Assembly: GCF_006345805.1 (NCBI RefSeq)
Contig: NC_043011.1
Location: 2,170,001-2,234,000 of the forward strand
Length of the DNA: 64,000 nt
Reading direction: 5' to 3'
DNA from: Octopus sinensis
Taxonomy: Eukaryota
This document shows, piece after piece, positions 61,392 through 64,000 of this stretch. Numbering within the stretch: the stretch's first letter is position 1; the number at the start of each line of letters is the position of its first letter. Below the pieces are notes generated by a model. That model was given only the letters and a program-made list of their open reading frames with translations. It had not been told where the DNA came from and searched no databases. The position numbers and the translations under genes are program-made.

Positions 61392-62889
61392 ACACACACA
61401 TTCTCTTATGAGAATAGCAGTAATGAACTTTTAGCAAGAACCTGGTTGAGATTCTACCATAGTTCTCAGATCTTCTCAATCTAGACTCACGACCATAAAA
61501 GGAAAAAAAATCACCATAAAAGACATTAACACCAATGTGAATTTGTTTTGACGAATCAGTACTGGCTGACTATTTATGGCTAGGGTGGCAATTTCAAGAA
61601 AGCATACAAATTTTCCTGCCAAACAAATTCTGGAACCTTCATTTATTTAAAGGTGACAAAATTCAACTTAGAGCAGAGTTATTCTAGTTTTATATGGTTT
61701 TCCCAATATGATAATTTAAATCCTCTCAGGCATCTTCTAATCAGAGTTACTTCAGGAATTGTATGGGCCAGTCATTTTTCAATTCATTTATCGTTCTTTC
61801 CTATTTACAGGCCTCAACTTGTAGCACCATATGCAATGATTCATATGTCCTGTACCACTTACACGATATTAATTTTAGCAGCTATATGTATCGTTCAAAG
61901 ATCTCAATGTCAGTGATATCTTCACTGCTTGTAAAAAATAATGGTGTCCATTTAGATTGCAATAAAGGAACTGTTCTTTATATTTGATGAACAACAATTG
62001 TAAATTTTGCTCCACTGTGTGTTAGAAGTTGATGAACTAATGAGAACCAATGAAAATTATTCTATAATCGACATTTAATTGATTGCTACATGTCATCTTG
62101 GTGCAGACACTGCTGTGTGATAAAGAGGTTTACTTCATGATTACCTTGGCTCAGTATATTTCTAAAGAGAACTATACTACATATCACAGCAAGAAAGATA
62201 TTCATTGGATTCCATATCTTGCTTTCAAGGGAGTTACAGCTTTGCCCAAGGGATTTATCAAATACACATTTTCTCTTCAATTCTGTTCTGTGTCTATTGT
62301 CTGCATTAGGAAGGATGCCTGCCAAAATTATGCTACCTTAAGTGTATTCACACAACATATGCATGAACATGTTGATTATATAGATATATTGCAGCTTAGT
62401 TTCATAATGTGGAGGATATTGAAGAATGATACATCATTGTGATGAACCAAATTACAATAATATCCAAGACATCCAAACACACAGACAGTGAGTGTATGTG
62501 TGTGAAAGTGAGAGACTAACTGTGTGGTTAAGAAGTTTGTTTCCCAGTCATGTGGTTTGGGATTCAATTCCACTGCAAGGCACTTTGGGCAAGTATCTTC
62601 TACTACAAAAAAAAATGAAAAAGTTCTGGGGTCTATTGATTTGACAAAAAAATCCTTCTAATGACTGAAACAAGTGAAAGAAAAAAAACAACTAAGAAAG
62701 AGCAATGATAAAAAGATATAGCTTCAAGCTCACCAAATTCCATAAAATCCTTAGCTGTAAGTTCTGTGTTGTGCCTTGGAATACCAACAGGTGAGTGAAA
62801 ATCATCCTACAGATAAATGCTTTGAAAGGAAAGGCAAGAGATGTTTATTTTAGCAACTGCAAGTGACTACTTGGGTTGAAAGTTGTGTA

Positions 62890-63228
62890 GGTCTTGTATG
62901 TGATATTTGGTGCCGGTGGCACGTAAAAAGCACCATCCGATCGTGGCTATTGCCAGCCTTGCCTGACCTCCGTGCCAGTGGCACATAAAAAGGACCATCC
63001 GATCGGAGCCATTTGCCAGCTTCGTCTGGCACCTGTGCCGGTGGCACGTAAAAAGCATCCACTACACTCACAGAGTGGTTGGCGTTAGGAAGGGCATCCA
63101 GCCGTAGAAACACTGCCAGATCAGACTGGGCCTGGTGCAGCCTTCTGGCTTCCCAGACCCCAGTTGAACCGTTCAACCCATGCTAGCATGGAAAGCGGAC
63201 GTTAAACGATGATGATGATGATGATGAA
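62890..63228 (+). mobile_element. RTE 3'-UTR-only fragment with three GTGCCRGTGGCAC units
   Basis: Same tail as 13433 and 48380; ends AAAGCGGACGTTAAACGATGATGAT. Confidence 0.88.
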
Positions 63229-63621
63229 TCTTAACATCATGTGCATGAAAAAGTTATATTACGGTACATTTGAAATTGCCTAATGAGTGATAGGCAGTCC
63301 CTAGCCATATTTGTAGAAATGTCTAGTTTGAAAGGCAGATTAAACAAGGTTATTCTTTTGTATTCTAACTTTAGTTTCAGTTGCAGTGATCTTCCGTATA
63401 TACTAATTTCTCGTTGAAGTCACTTCTTATTTAACTCCTCATTGTAATGGAGTGTGACTCTATCAGGGGTATTTTACCTAGGGACAGATTAGTGATTCTT
63501 CTATTGATGCCAGCCACTAAATTCATGATTATTACAAGTTGATAGAATTCCAAGGGATATGTTAGGAATAGAGTATTCTCACTAGCAGCTTATAGGATGT
63601 AATTTTCAAGAGGTTAATACC

Positions 63622-63845
63622 TATTTCTTTACTACCCACAAGGGGCTAAACACAGAGGACAAACAAGGACAGACAAACGGATTAAGTTGATTACATCGAC
63701 CCCAGTGAATAACTGGTGCTTATTTAATTGACCCTGAAAGGATGAAAGGCAAAGTCGACCTTGGCGGAATTTGAACTCAGAACATAGCGGCAGATGAAAT
63801 ACCGCTAAGCACTCTGCCCGACGTGCTAACGTTTCTACCAGCTCG
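63622..63845 (-). mobile_element. SINE family B
   Basis: Reverse complement of family B. Confidence 0.88.
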
Positions 63846-64000
63846 GTTAATACATAAATGTCATCATCATAATCAGCAGCATTATCTTCATTTTATGTTT
63901 TGTTTTACATGATGGCATGGATTAGATGGGCAATAAGCTCTGAGGGATCAAAGAACCATATCTGGCATGATTTCAATTGCTGGGTACTCTTCTTGGCACC

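Overview
AT-rich, microsatellite-dense eukaryotic DNA, about 64 kb, made almost entirely of mobile elements and their remnants. The SINE, RTE and Penelope families look like those of octopus genomes; this is recognition from memory, not a database search. No host gene is securely identified; there are only a few low-confidence micro-exon candidates on the + strand. Main contents: (1) an apparently full-length CR1/L2-group LINE (about 8608-12992) sitting inside a (TA)n array. Its ORF1 starts with a Myb/SANT-like (trihelix-type) domain. Its EN+RT ORF2 is uninterrupted but has no AUG ahead of the endonuclease, and an in-phase U_UUU_UUA slippery heptamer lies at the start of the ORF1/ORF2 overlap. 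(2) At least five Penelope-like element (PLE) remnants, several with fold-back 5' junctions. (3) Thirteen hammerhead-ribozyme-like motifs from about nine unrelated sequence contexts, found by eye in PLE termini, TA-flanked palindromes and two direct-repeat-bounded units resembling retrozymes. (4) A full-length irritans-type mariner, DD37D, Tc1 and hAT remnants, a MITE with an 8-bp TSD, three non-autonomous Helitrons, RTE and R4/Dong remnants, and many tRNA-derived SINEs. (5) Local rearrangements: a nested fold-back at 26.2-26.7 kb and an inverted duplication at 58.3/61.1 kb that breaks next to the MITE. Most entries in the supplied ORF track are microsatellite or antisense artefacts.
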